From positions 18,260 to 82,259 of the forward strand of contig JBELHA010000002.1 of assembly GCA_042091695.1 (NCBI GenBank): a DNA stretch of 64,000 nt, read 5' to 3'. Below, one piece after another: positions 29,043 to 38,612 of this stretch (positions within the stretch are counted from its first letter, which is position 1; each line of letters starts with the position of its first letter). Under the pieces are notes generated by a model. It was not told where the DNA came from. It saw nothing but the letters and a program-made list of their open reading frames with translations, and did no database searches. The translations under genes and the position numbers were made by a program. The DNA comes from Flavicella sp. GTDB taxonomy: Bacteria > Bacteroidota > Bacteroidia > Flavobacteriales > Flavobacteriaceae.

Positions 29043-30734
29043 ATGAATAATTCGATATCTAATACACGTACACGCGCTCAGGAGTCTTCAGGAGCTATTG
29101 AACGTCTATATATTACCATGAGACACTTGTTTTCTAGAGGTTATTACAAACCTATGGGAAGTTCAGGTGAAACACTGATCGAAGCTCTCTTAATGTTACA
29201 ACCAGAAATTTATGGTTCTATTTCTGAGAAGAAAATGGAACTCAATGGTTTGCTTTATATTACTGAAAGACTACCGATTGGAATAGAACTCTGTCAATTT
29301 ATAAATTTGACTGCCGATGAAGGTGATTTAAAGTTGTCTTTTGAATCCATTGTTCCTCAAAAGAGAAGACGTAACTGCTATCGTATAGACGAAGATTTAA
29401 TGCATATTGAAATCACAAGAGGGAAGTCAGATATCTATGATGTGATTACCCATCTTACTTTTTTGTGCATAGAATCCCACAAGTTGATGCGTCGTGTATT
29501 GAATAAGGACGATGAAGGAACTGATTACAATAGAGAATGGTTGTATTTAGAAACCGTTGTCAACAATTTAAAAGGACTCTCTAACAAGAAAAGAGATGTG
29601 GCTTTTGTGCATCTAGGAAGACTTTTAGGGAGGACATTTGAAGAGGTTAAAAAGGCACATAAAGATTTTGCATTGCCAAATCAACCAGATCGATTTTTTA
29701 CTTTTGTATACGATTTAGGGAATACTGCTATTGCAGAAGAAACGGAAGGAAAAGAACGTATGATTACCTTCAGTGAACTTTTAAGAGAACAATTAGGACA
29801 TCATGTGTATGGTGAGATTTGGGCTAGAAATGTCCACAAAAGACTCTTTGAAAAAGGATATATCAAACGACCTATTCATATCATAAGTGCCAATATGCAC
29901 TCTGTTTTAAATACATTGTATGCAAAAAAAGCATTGGGAGCTTCTGTAGCTTCTTTGGATGCAATTGCACTATATGAAAAACTGAGTGATGGTGCCAACG
30001 ATTCTTTGAGAGAAAAAGTAAAACGCTATTCTCAAAAACACGGTTTGACCTATATAAAAGACCATTCTGGAGCAAATATCAATGTGCAATTGATTGATAC
30101 TGCTGCTTTGGAATTTCAAGAAAGTCCAGAATTTAAAGGTTTGCCTACAGAAGAGAAACCTGTCATTGTAGTAATGGATTATGCTTTTGGAGAACAGGCC
30201 TACGAAACGATGGAAGAATTGTTAAAACCTTATTATACCGAAGGGGCTTCTTATTTTTTAAATGTAGCTTCTGTCTCTATAATGGGTAAAGCAGGAATTT
30301 TAGAAGGAGGAAAAGGAGATATAATGATTCCTAGCGCCCATGTTTTTGAAGGAACTGCAGACAACTATCCATTTACAAACCAATTGTCCACTACTAATTT
30401 TAAAGAGGAAGGCTTACAGGTCTCCGAAGGTTCTATGATTACAGTATTAGGAACTTCCTTGCAAAACAAAGAAGTATTGAAGTTTTTTTATGAATCTACT
30501 TGGAATGTTATTGGTTTGGAAATGGAAGGCGCACATTATCAAAAAGCAATTCAAGCTGCTGCTAAGATTCGAGGTAATATTTCTGAAGATGTTCAGGTGC
30601 GATATGCTTACTATGCATCAGACAACCCACTTGAAACAGGTAGTACTCTAGCCTCAGGAGGTTTAGGAACTACAGGTGTACGTCCTACCTACGTAATTAC
30701 ACAGAAAATTATCGATCAAATAGTAAACAATTAA
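29043..30734 (+). CDS. Conserved Bacteroidota protein (DUF6909-like) with C-terminal nucleoside-phosphorylase/AMP-nucleosidase-like region
   Basis: Conserved SRTRAQESS.AIERLYITMRHLF N-terminus; GKAGILEGGKGDIMIPSAHVFEGT and GLEMEG resemble PNP_UDP-fold motifs. Confidence 0.6.
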   Translation: MNNSISNTRTRAQESSGAIERLYITMRHLFSRGYYKPMGSSGETLIEALLMLQPEIYGSISEKKMELNGLLYITERLPIGIELCQFINLTADEGDLKLSFESIVPQKRRRNCYRIDEDLMHIEITRGKSDIYDVITHLTFLCIESHKLMRRVLNKDDEGTDYNREWLYLETVVNNLKGLSNKKRDVAFVHLGRLLGRTFEEVKKAHKDFALPNQPDRFFTFVYDLGNTAIAEETEGKERMITFSELLREQLGHHVYGEIWARNVHKRLFEKGYIKRPIHIISANMHSVLNTLYAKKALGASVASLDAIALYEKLSDGANDSLREKVKRYSQKHGLTYIKDHSGANINVQLIDTAALEFQESPEFKGLPTEEKPVIVVMDYAFGEQAYETMEELLKPYYTEGASYFLNVASVSIMGKAGILEGGKGDIMIPSAHVFEGTADNYPFTNQLSTTNFKEEGLQVSEGSMITVLGTSLQNKEVLKFFYESTWNVIGLEMEGAHYQKAIQAAAKIRGNISEDVQVRYAYYASDNPLETGSTLASGGLGTTGVRPTYVITQKIIDQIVNN

Positions 30735-30745
30735 TAGTACCCCAC

Positions 30746-31321
30746 ATGTTAAAAAGGTTTTTCGATATTTTATTTTCTCTAGTAGCGATTGTGTTTGTCT
30801 TGTCTTGGATGGTGCCATTGGTTACATTGATTATTTTTATGACAACAGGAGAGCGTCCTTTTTATGTACAAGAAAGAGTGGGTAAAGATGGCGTCCTCTT
30901 TCAAATATATAAGTTTAGGAGTATGAAGGGGGTACCCCCTGTCAATGATCCTTTACTGTCAGACGATGAGAGTTTTAGGATTACTATTTTCGGTAAGTTT
31001 ATCCGAAAATATAGAATCGATGAATTTCCACAGTTTATAAATGTGTTTTTGGGACAAATGAGTGTGGTGGGACCACGTCCGGAACGTCAGTATTTTTTGG
31101 ATATGATTATATCACACATACCTAGGTACCAACAATTACAGAAATTGAAACCAGGAATTACTTCTTTAGGACAAATTCGTTATGGCTACGCTTCTAGTTT
31201 GGACCAAATGAAATTAAGAGCTCGATACGACTTAGTTTACTTAGATAACCTATCTTTGTTGACAGATATTAAAATAATTCTATACACCGTTGTCGTTGTA
31301 ATTAAAGGCAAGGGAAAATAA
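30746..31321 (+). CDS. Bacterial sugar transferase (priming polyprenyl-phosphate glycosyl-1-phosphate transferase)
   Basis: KRFFDI; QERVGKDG..F..YKFRSM; GKFIRKYRIDEFPQF.NV..G.MS.VGPRP; KPGIT..GQ; DL.Y. Confidence 0.93.
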   Translation: MLKRFFDILFSLVAIVFVLSWMVPLVTLIIFMTTGERPFYVQERVGKDGVLFQIYKFRSMKGVPPVNDPLLSDDESFRITIFGKFIRKYRIDEFPQFINVFLGQMSVVGPRPERQYFLDMIISHIPRYQQLQKLKPGITSLGQIRYGYASSLDQMKLRARYDLVYLDNLSLLTDIKIILYTVVVVIKGKGK

Positions 31322-31332
31322 ATACAAACCCT

Positions 31333-32616
31333 ATGAATATTCTAATTTTAGGCTCTGGAGGAAGAGAGCACGCATTTGCATTAAAACTCTCTGAAAGTGA
31401 CAAGTTAAATCAATTATTTGTTGCGCCAGGAAACGCCGGAACTGCAGCATGTGCAACTAACATTGCTATTGACCCTGTAGATTTTGATGCCGTTAAAGCA
31501 ACTGTTTTAGAGAACGAAATTTCAATGGTAATCGTTGGTCCTGAAGCACCATTAGTAGCAGGAGTTCACGATTTTTTCCTTGCAGACCCAGTATTGAAGC
31601 ATATTCCAGTGATTGGTCCTAAGAAGGATGGTGCTGAGCTTGAAGGGAGCAAAGAGTTTTCAAAAAAGTTTATGAAAAAGCACGGTGTACCCACTGCAGC
31701 ATATGAGGCTTTTACAAAAGATACACTGGCGGAAGGGAAAGCGTTTTTAGAAACTCTAAAAGCACCCTACGTTTTAAAAGCCGATGGTTTGGCGGGTGGA
31801 AAAGGAGTGTTGATTTTAAATAGTTTGACAGAAGCAAAAGCTGAATTGGAAGATATGTTGACCAATGAAAAATTTGGTGCAGCTTCATCCAAAGTCGTCA
31901 TAGAAGAGTTTTTAGACGGTATAGAACTTTCTGTTTTTGTACTTACGGATGGGAAGAGCTATAAAGTACTACCCGCTGCTAAGGATTACAAAAGAATTGG
32001 AGAAGGTGATACAGGTTTGAATACTGGTGGTATGGGAGCAATTTCTCCTGTTCCTTTTGCAAACGACGATTTCTTACAGAAAGTAGAAGATCAAGTCGTA
32101 ATACCAACCATTGATGGACTGCAGAAAGACGGTATTGACTATCGAGGATTCATATTTATAGGACTTATGAATATCGATGGAAATCCATTTGTAATTGAAT
32201 ATAATGTACGAATGGGGGATCCCGAAACAGAAGTTGTAATACCTAGAATCAAGTCAGACTTATTGGATTTATTCGAAGGGGTGGGTGCACAGAATTTAGA
32301 TACAAAATCCTATGAGCTTTCTAAACAGACAGCGACGACTGTAATGGTAGTTGCAGGTGGGTATCCAGAAGCTTATGGTAAAGGTCATGAGATTTCAGGA
32401 TTGGATACGGTGTCTGGATCTACGGTATTCCATGCAGGTACAAAACGTTTAGAAGACGGGAGTGTAGTTACCAATGGAGGTCGCGTTATGGCTTTTACTT
32501 CTATGGCAGACAGTATGGATGCTGCTTTGGAAAAGTCCTATGCAAACATTAATAAGGTGTGCTTTGAAGGGATGAATTTTAGAAAAGACATCGGTTTTGA
32601 TCTGAGAAAACAATAA
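31333..32616 (+). CDS. purD: Phosphoribosylamine--glycine ligase
   Basis: ILGSGGREHA; APGNAG; VGPEAPL; LEGSK.FSK.FM; KADGLAGGKGV; DYKRIGEGDTGLNTGGMGA; TNGGRV. Confidence 0.99.
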   Translation: MNILILGSGGREHAFALKLSESDKLNQLFVAPGNAGTAACATNIAIDPVDFDAVKATVLENEISMVIVGPEAPLVAGVHDFFLADPVLKHIPVIGPKKDGAELEGSKEFSKKFMKKHGVPTAAYEAFTKDTLAEGKAFLETLKAPYVLKADGLAGGKGVLILNSLTEAKAELEDMLTNEKFGAASSKVVIEEFLDGIELSVFVLTDGKSYKVLPAAKDYKRIGEGDTGLNTGGMGAISPVPFANDDFLQKVEDQVVIPTIDGLQKDGIDYRGFIFIGLMNIDGNPFVIEYNVRMGDPETEVVIPRIKSDLLDLFEGVGAQNLDTKSYELSKQTATTVMVVAGGYPEAYGKGHEISGLDTVSGSTVFHAGTKRLEDGSVVTNGGRVMAFTSMADSMDAALEKSYANINKVCFEGMNFRKDIGFDLRKQ

Positions 32617-32645
32617 TTTTATAGAATACATCAAATAGGTATGGT

Positions 32646-33761
32646 ATGACTTTAAAATCTGATAGTAAAGAAGGTTCTAAAGCTGCCCGTACTGAATTTG
32701 TTGAGACTTCATACAATATTGTCATAGCTCCATTAAATTGGGGCTTAGGACACGCTACTAGGTGTATTCCTATCATTCATTTTTTATTGCAAAACAATGT
32801 AAATCCAATTCTTGCTTCTGATGGAGCTTCCTTGGAATTACTTAGAAATGAATTTCCTCAACTAGAATCTTTGGAGTTGCCTTCTTATGGCGTGCGATAC
32901 AGTAAAAAAGGATATTTTCTGCGCTACAAATTACTATTACAATTTCCTTATTTGTTTTATACTGCTTTTAGAGAGTATAAATTATTGCAAAGATTGGTAA
33001 AAGAAAGAAATATTGATGGAGTGATTTCAGACAACCGATTTGGTATGTTTCATAAGAAAGTACCCTCAGTCTATATAACACATCAATTACAGGTGCTTTC
33101 AGGGTCTACTACATTTCTTTCAAGCTGGATACATCGATGGTGTATTCGTAATTTTAAGGAATGTTGGGTGCCAGATTCTAAAGGACCTCAGTCCTTATCT
33201 GGAGTCTTGTCTTCAAATGCTAATTTAGGAGTGACTCTTAGGTATATGGGAAATCTATCGCGTTTTTCATATACCACGAACTCTTACAGTTATAAATACC
33301 TCTTTATTTTGTCTGGCCCTGAGCCTCAAAGGTCTTTGCTAGAAGCTCAAGTATTACGTGAATTATCAGTATGTACTGATACTGTGCTAATCGTAAGAGG
33401 AACCTATAAAAAAGCCATATTTACGTCTTCAAATAAACATATTCAAACTGTAGATATCATGTATTCTAGAGAGCTTGAAAAAGCGATCTCTAAGGCCGAA
33501 CATGTTATCTGTAGGTCTGGCTATAGTAGTATTATGGACCTTGCTGCTCTTCAAAAAAAGGTGTTTTTTATTCCAACTCCTGGGCAGTACGAGCAGTTGT
33601 ATCTTGCACAATACCTACAAAAAAAAGGAATTGCAGGTTACTGCAATCAAGATGATTTTCGCTATACAAATCTATCCTCTTATTTTCAGTATTCGGGGTT
33701 CGTAAATAATTATCCCGTAGCGCTTAGAAAAGTATTGTTGGATTTTATATCCGTCAAATAA
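32646..33761 (+). CDS. Glycosyltransferase (GT-B fold, GT28 C-terminal-like)
   Basis: APLNWGLGHATRCIPII; ISDNRFG; SGPEPQR; CRSGYSSIMDL; IPTPGQYEQ.YLA. Start uncertain. Confidence 0.85.
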   Translation: MTLKSDSKEGSKAARTEFVETSYNIVIAPLNWGLGHATRCIPIIHFLLQNNVNPILASDGASLELLRNEFPQLESLELPSYGVRYSKKGYFLRYKLLLQFPYLFYTAFREYKLLQRLVKERNIDGVISDNRFGMFHKKVPSVYITHQLQVLSGSTTFLSSWIHRWCIRNFKECWVPDSKGPQSLSGVLSSNANLGVTLRYMGNLSRFSYTTNSYSYKYLFILSGPEPQRSLLEAQVLRELSVCTDTVLIVRGTYKKAIFTSSNKHIQTVDIMYSRELEKAISKAEHVICRSGYSSIMDLAALQKKVFFIPTPGQYEQLYLAQYLQKKGIAGYCNQDDFRYTNLSSYFQYSGFVNNYPVALRKVLLDFISVK

Positions 33762-34802
33762 CTATACCGCTCTTTTAAGGGTAAACGTAAATTCAGTTCC
33801 CTCTCCATAAGTACTTTTTAAATCTATCGTCTCTTTATGAGCTTCAATGATGTGTTTTACAATAGACAAACCTAAACCGGAACCTCCTTGGTCTCTAGAC
33901 CTACTTTTATCTACCCTGTAAAATCGTTCAAAAATACGACTGACGTTTTCTTCTTTGATCCCTTCACCATTGTCTTTTACAGAGATTGAAATCTTATCAT
34001 TTTTTAGAGAATCGATACTCACCATGATAATGCCTCCATACTTTCCATACTTTATGGAGTTAACAATAAGGTTGATTAGTACTTGCTCAATTTTAGAAGC
34101 GTCCCCCATTACAAACTCAGGAAATTCATAGAATTTGTCAAAACGCAAGGTCATGTTTTTTTTCTTGACCTTCATCTCAAACATATCGAATACTTTCTGA
34201 ATTGTTTCGATGATATTAAAAGGTTGTATATTTATGTTTAAATCATTGTTTTCTAGTTTAGAAATCATGTCTAAATCCTGTACGATAGAAGCCAATCTCT
34301 CTACTCCTATATTTGCTCTTTCAAGGTACTTGCTTCTAATTTCGGCATCTTCAGCAGCGCCTTCAATCAATGTTAAAATATATCCTTGTACAGTAAATAA
34401 GGGGGTTTTCAATTCATGAGAGATATTCCCTAAAAATTCACGTCTGTAGGTTTCCCTTTCGTTCAAAGATTTTATTTCTAACTGTTTGTTCTCGGCAAAC
34501 TTTTGCATTTCTGCGGATAGAGATTCAATATCAGGTGTGATAGATCTTTTGTTCAGTTGGTTCAAATCCAAAAGCGATATATCTTTGTATATTTTGGATA
34601 CCCTTTTGTAAATGAATTGTTCAACTCTATTTTGAACAATGATAAAAACAAGTAAAAAACTACTAGGGATAAAAAACCACAATTGTGTAAAGTCGGTTTC
34701 TTTGTAGTGAAATTTTAGTACAATACCGAGCCAACCTGCTGTGAGCCCTGTTAATATAATTGATGTTACAAATGCAAAAGCATAGGTTTTTTTAATTTTC
34801 AT
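33762..34802 (-). CDS. phoR: Sensor histidine kinase, PhoR-like
   Basis: H-box EFLGNISHELKTPL; N-box NLIVNSIKY; G-boxes DNGEGI and FERFYRVDKSRSR..GGSGLGLSIVKH. PhoR assignment from sequence style and phosphate-transporter context. Confidence 0.8.
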   Translation of the reverse strand: MKIKKTYAFAFVTSIILTGLTAGWLGIVLKFHYKETDFTQLWFFIPSSFLLVFIIVQNRVEQFIYKRVSKIYKDISLLDLNQLNKRSITPDIESLSAEMQKFAENKQLEIKSLNERETYRREFLGNISHELKTPLFTVQGYILTLIEGAAEDAEIRSKYLERANIGVERLASIVQDLDMISKLENNDLNINIQPFNIIETIQKVFDMFEMKVKKKNMTLRFDKFYEFPEFVMGDASKIEQVLINLIVNSIKYGKYGGIIMVSIDSLKNDKISISVKDNGEGIKEENVSRIFERFYRVDKSRSRDQGGSGLGLSIVKHIIEAHKETIDLKSTYGEGTEFTFTLKRAV

Positions 34803-35484
34803 TCAACACAAATTTGTATCCAACTCCTTTGACCGTTTTAAAATGGTCGTCTCCGAGTTTCTCTCTTAATTTTCTGATATGCACGTCGATAGTTCTTCCT
34901 CCCACGACAACTTCATTACCCCATACTTTGTCTAAGATAGTTTCTCTCTTAAACACTTTTTCAGGTTTTGAAGCTAGTAGCGAAAAGAGTTCAAATTCCT
35001 TTCTAGGAAGTACTATTTTTTCCCCATCTTTCATAACCAAATACGCTTCACGGTCTATGGTGATATTACCAATCACAGTTTTGTCTACCTCTTCATTTTT
35101 CTCTTTGACACGACGTAATAAAGATTTTACCTTACTGACAAGTACTTTGGGTTTTACCGGCTTGGTAATATAATCATCTGCCCCGGCGTCAAATCCTGCT
35201 ACCTGAGAGTAGTCTTCACCTCTTGCAGTCAAGAACGATATGATAGTGTTTTCTAAGCCTTTTGTCGCTCTAATTTTTTCACAAGCTTCTATGCCATCCA
35301 TTTCAGGCATCATAATATCTAATAATATCAGATGAGGTTTGTGTTTGATTGCTTCTTCAATAGCCAACACTCCATTACTAGCGGTGAATATTTTATAACC
35401 TTCGTTTTTCAAATTGTATCCAACAATTTCTAAAATATCTGGTTCGTCATCTACTAATAAAATCTTTATATCGCTCGTATTCAT
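34792..35484 (-). CDS. phoB: OmpR/PhoB-family response regulator, PhoB/PhoP-like
   Basis: ILLVDDE; LDIMMP (phosphoacceptor Asp); FLTAR; GADDYITKP; winged-helix KEFEL...R..ILDKVWG...RTIDVHIRKLREK. Confidence 0.8.
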   Translation of the reverse strand: MNTSDIKILLVDDEPDILEIVGYNLKNEGYKIFTASNGVLAIEEAIKHKPHLILLDIMMPEMDGIEACEKIRATKGLENTIISFLTARGEDYSQVAGFDAGADDYITKPVKPKVLVSKVKSLLRRVKEKNEEVDKTVIGNITIDREAYLVMKDGEKIVLPRKEFELFSLLASKPEKVFKRETILDKVWGNEVVVGGRTIDVHIRKLREKLGDDHFKTVKGVGYKFVLNEN

Positions 35485-35507
35485 TGTGTTATGATTTTTT
35501 GGTCTAA

Positions 35508-35515
35508 CAAATCTA
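35508..35515 (-). promoter_or_regulatory. -7 promoter element for the response regulator/kinase operon
   Basis: TAGATTTG on the minus strand (CAAATCTA on +), ending 23 nt before the ATG. Confidence 0.6.
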
Positions 35516-35573
35516 GTAATTTCACAAGAGATGTTTGTTTCTTTTACAATGATTTAATCTTTCCCTGTAAAGT

Positions 35574-35640
35574 TAACAATTAATTTATATTGAAATAAAC
35601 TAAAGGTAACTTAGTTCGTGCGTTGTTTGACGATTTTTGC
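35574..35640 (+). promoter_or_regulatory. Putative Pho-box-type promoter of the TonB receptor
   Basis: TAACA/TTATA/TAAAC/TAACT at 35574, 35585, 35596, 35607 (11-bp pitch); GATTTTTGC starts 25 bp after the last core. Confidence 0.6.
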
Positions 35641-35661
35641 AGCTTGTAAATCAATCGAATT

Positions 35662-38430
35662 ATGAAGAATATTTTAAGTGCATTTTTGTTAGTAGTTTCC
35701 TTTTCTGTTTTTGCTCAAGAGAAAGCTGTTGTTTCAGGTAAAGTATCTGATAAAGAGATGAATAACGAATCTTTGCCATTTGCGAATGTATTTGTAAAAG
35801 GAACAACTGTTGGTACTACTACAGATTTTGATGGAAATTATACTTTGTATGTAAGCGAAGGTCCTGCAACTCTTGTTTTTAGTTTCGTTGGCTATGCAAC
35901 TATTGAAGTCCCTATGACTTTCGAAGCGGGTCAAAATTATACGATTAGTAAAGTTTTGGGTGCAAGTGAAGGTATTACTATGGATGAGGTTTTGGTGAAA
36001 GCTCAAGTTTCTCGTGAAAAAGAGACAGCTCTTTTGGCAGAACAAAAAAAAGCGGTTGTAATCAAGGAAAGTATTGGTGCTCAAAGACTTGCGAAGGTAG
36101 GTGTTTCTAATGCTGCTGGAGCAACAACAAAAATAGCAGGTGTTACAAAAAGTGAAAGTTCCTCTGCTGTCTTTATTAGAGGTTTAGGGGATCGTTACTT
36201 GTCAACAACTTTAAATGGTTTGCCAGTTCCTTCTGATGATGTTGAAAATAAAAATATAAATCTCAATTTATTTACAACTAGTATTATTAAAAATGTTGCT
36301 GTTTCAAAGACTTATTCTGCAACAGGTTATTCAGACCAAGCTTCGGGAACAGTTAATGTTGTTTCAAAAACATACACGAAAGATTTTTTTAAAATGAGTT
36401 TTTCTTCTGGGATGAATTCAAATTTATTTGGAACTGATTTTAGAGTTAGTGAAAATAACAGTGATTTAAAATTTGGTTTCTTCAACCGTAATGGTCCTGT
36501 AGCTGAAGGTATTCTTGGACAAGGTTGGGATACGCATTCAAAAGAAGTAATTCCTAACTTTAGTATGTCATTTACTGGAGGTAAAAAGTTTGTTTTATTT
36601 GATCGTGATTTTAATTTTTTTGGAACTATATCACATAATGCTTCTTCTGAATATCAATCAGGTATTTTTAAAAGTTTTAGAAATAACGTTGTAAACAATG
36701 ATTTCTCAGACACTGAAGTTTTTAGAGTGAAATCTAACACAACAGCTATGATAAATCTTGGTTCTAGAATAAGTGATGCTAGCAAGATCAATCTTACTTC
36801 TCTTTTTGTAAATAAAGCTAGTGATAATTTATTTGAAGCTGGAAGAAATGGTTTAGGTGAAGTTCGTGATCAAAGACCTCCTAGTCCAACTACAACTGAT
36901 GAATATGAAGATTTAGGTGCTTTCATTAGAGATCAAAACGTCAAACAGACATCTATGTTTGTCAACCAAATTTTGGGAGATCATCGTCTGTCAGATACTA
37001 ATAAATTGAAATGGGCATTAGGTTATAATGTTGTGTCATCTGAAGAGCCTAACAGGATTCGAAATCAAGTGACTATCTTAACACCAAGTACAGATGTTGA
37101 GATAATTAATGTTGGAGGGTTTGATCAACGAAAATCTTTTCAAACTGTCGAAGATGCTGAGCTTAATGCATACGTTCAGGATGAATTTGATTTTTCAGAT
37201 TATGATGTAGAGTCAATTTTTAAGTTGAATGTAGGGTTAAATTTTAGAAATAAATCTAGAGCTTTTGACTCTCAATTCATTGGTGCTAAGATTGTGAGGC
37301 CATTTATTGGATTTACAGTTTCTTCCGTGGACAACCTATCTGATACTTTCACACAAGAAAATTTAGACCGAGGCGTTTTTAAAATAGCTGAACGTTCTCC
37401 TGATGCATATGATGCGAATTTAGTTGCCTCAGCTGCTTATTTTGATATTGTGTTTTCTAAAGATAACTTTTCAGGTAATTTCGGTTTGCGATACGAGTTT
37501 GATCAAATTAATGTTGATTGGAATGTATCAAACTATGTTGGTCGTGTTGGTTCCACATCAAGAGAATACCACAATCTACTTCCAAGTTTAAATTTGAAGT
37601 ATGAATTAAATGAAACTAATTTTTTAAGGTTTGCAACAAGTATAACGACTACTTTGCCAGAATTTAAGGAACTTTCTCCATTTGCGTATGTTGCCCCTAA
37701 CGGTCGTGTTAGTTTAGGTAATCCTGATCTTGAAAAATCGGACAACTATAATTTTGATTTAAAATGGGAATTTTTTCCATCAGAAGGAGAGCTTTTTTCT
37801 TTAACTACGTTTTATAAGCTTATTAAGAATCCAATTAACTCTGCTATGACAAGAGGGTCAACAGGATACTTTACTTATGGAAATACAGGTGAAAAATCTA
37901 ATATTTATGGGCTTGAATTAGAGGGAAGATTTAATATATATGATACAAATGCTTCAAAGTTATCTACTAATTTCAATCTTACAAGAATGTGGTTTAGTCA
38001 AGACTTATTACCAGAATTTCAATACAATGGAAAAGTTGAGTCTGCTCTTCAAGGTGCCTCAGATTTTATTTTAAATTCTTCTCTAAGTTTTACAACCAAA
38101 AGTGTAGGAAAGTCCTTTACATCGACCTTGTCGGCTAACTTTTCATCTGATAAGATCGCGGTATTAGGTTCTCCTGAAGATTTTGATAATAGTTTACAGA
38201 ATTACAATAACGAAATAATCGAAGAGGGATTCTGGAATGTTGATTTTGTTCTGAGCCAAGAACTATCAGAAAGATTAAAAATAAAATTCATTGGTAGAAA
38301 TTTATTGAATCCAGATATCAACCAATCTCAATATGTGAGATATGTAATTAACACACCTGAGACAAAAGAAATTGTTCGTTCCTATAAGAAAGGGGTGCAG
38401 TTAAGTTTAGGACTATCTTACTCTTTCTAG
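35662..38430 (+). CDS. TonB-dependent receptor with CarboxypepD_reg-like N-domain (putatively phosphate-regulated)
   Basis: LPFANVFVKGTT.GTTTDFDGNY; plug FIRGLGDRYLSTTLNGLPVPS; GNP.L..SDNYNFDLKWEFFP; C-terminal SYSF. Confidence 0.9.
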   Translation: MKNILSAFLLVVSFSVFAQEKAVVSGKVSDKEMNNESLPFANVFVKGTTVGTTTDFDGNYTLYVSEGPATLVFSFVGYATIEVPMTFEAGQNYTISKVLGASEGITMDEVLVKAQVSREKETALLAEQKKAVVIKESIGAQRLAKVGVSNAAGATTKIAGVTKSESSSAVFIRGLGDRYLSTTLNGLPVPSDDVENKNINLNLFTTSIIKNVAVSKTYSATGYSDQASGTVNVVSKTYTKDFFKMSFSSGMNSNLFGTDFRVSENNSDLKFGFFNRNGPVAEGILGQGWDTHSKEVIPNFSMSFTGGKKFVLFDRDFNFFGTISHNASSEYQSGIFKSFRNNVVNNDFSDTEVFRVKSNTTAMINLGSRISDASKINLTSLFVNKASDNLFEAGRNGLGEVRDQRPPSPTTTDEYEDLGAFIRDQNVKQTSMFVNQILGDHRLSDTNKLKWALGYNVVSSEEPNRIRNQVTILTPSTDVEIINVGGFDQRKSFQTVEDAELNAYVQDEFDFSDYDVESIFKLNVGLNFRNKSRAFDSQFIGAKIVRPFIGFTVSSVDNLSDTFTQENLDRGVFKIAERSPDAYDANLVASAAYFDIVFSKDNFSGNFGLRYEFDQINVDWNVSNYVGRVGSTSREYHNLLPSLNLKYELNETNFLRFATSITTTLPEFKELSPFAYVAPNGRVSLGNPDLEKSDNYNFDLKWEFFPSEGELFSLTTFYKLIKNPINSAMTRGSTGYFTYGNTGEKSNIYGLELEGRFNIYDTNASKLSTNFNLTRMWFSQDLLPEFQYNGKVESALQGASDFILNSSLSFTTKSVGKSFTSTLSANFSSDKIAVLGSPEDFDNSLQNYNNEIIEEGFWNVDFVLSQELSERLKIKFIGRNLLNPDINQSQYVRYVINTPETKEIVRSYKKGVQLSLGLSYSF

Positions 38431-38456
38431 CGTTTAACTATTTATTAATATCCATT

Positions 38457-38488
38457 AAACCTGTATATGTCTCATATACAGGTTTTTT
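38457..38488 (+). terminator. Rho-independent terminator after the TonB receptor
   Basis: AAACCTGTATATG-TCT-CATATACAGGTTT followed by T tail. Confidence 0.85.
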
Positions 38489-38524
38489 ACGTTTAAAATC
38501 TTATTCTAAAAACGATGTTTTTTA

Positions 38525-38580
38525 TAACCTTGTTTTAACATTGACATAATGTCATTTTTGAGATGTTTCTGCATATTTGC
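38525..38580 (+). promoter_or_regulatory. Putative Pho-box-type promoter of the lipoprotein
   Basis: TAACC/TAACA/TAATG at 38525, 38536, 38547; CATATTTGC starts 25 bp after the last core. Confidence 0.65.
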
Positions 38581-38612
38581 ATAAAAATTTATATACTTAA
38601 TACTATTTTACA

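Noticed and set aside
33759-33764. Glycosyltransferase and kinase stop codons abut with no spacer or terminator
   Set aside because: Tail-to-tail packing is common in compact genomes; no evidence of antisense regulation from sequence alone.
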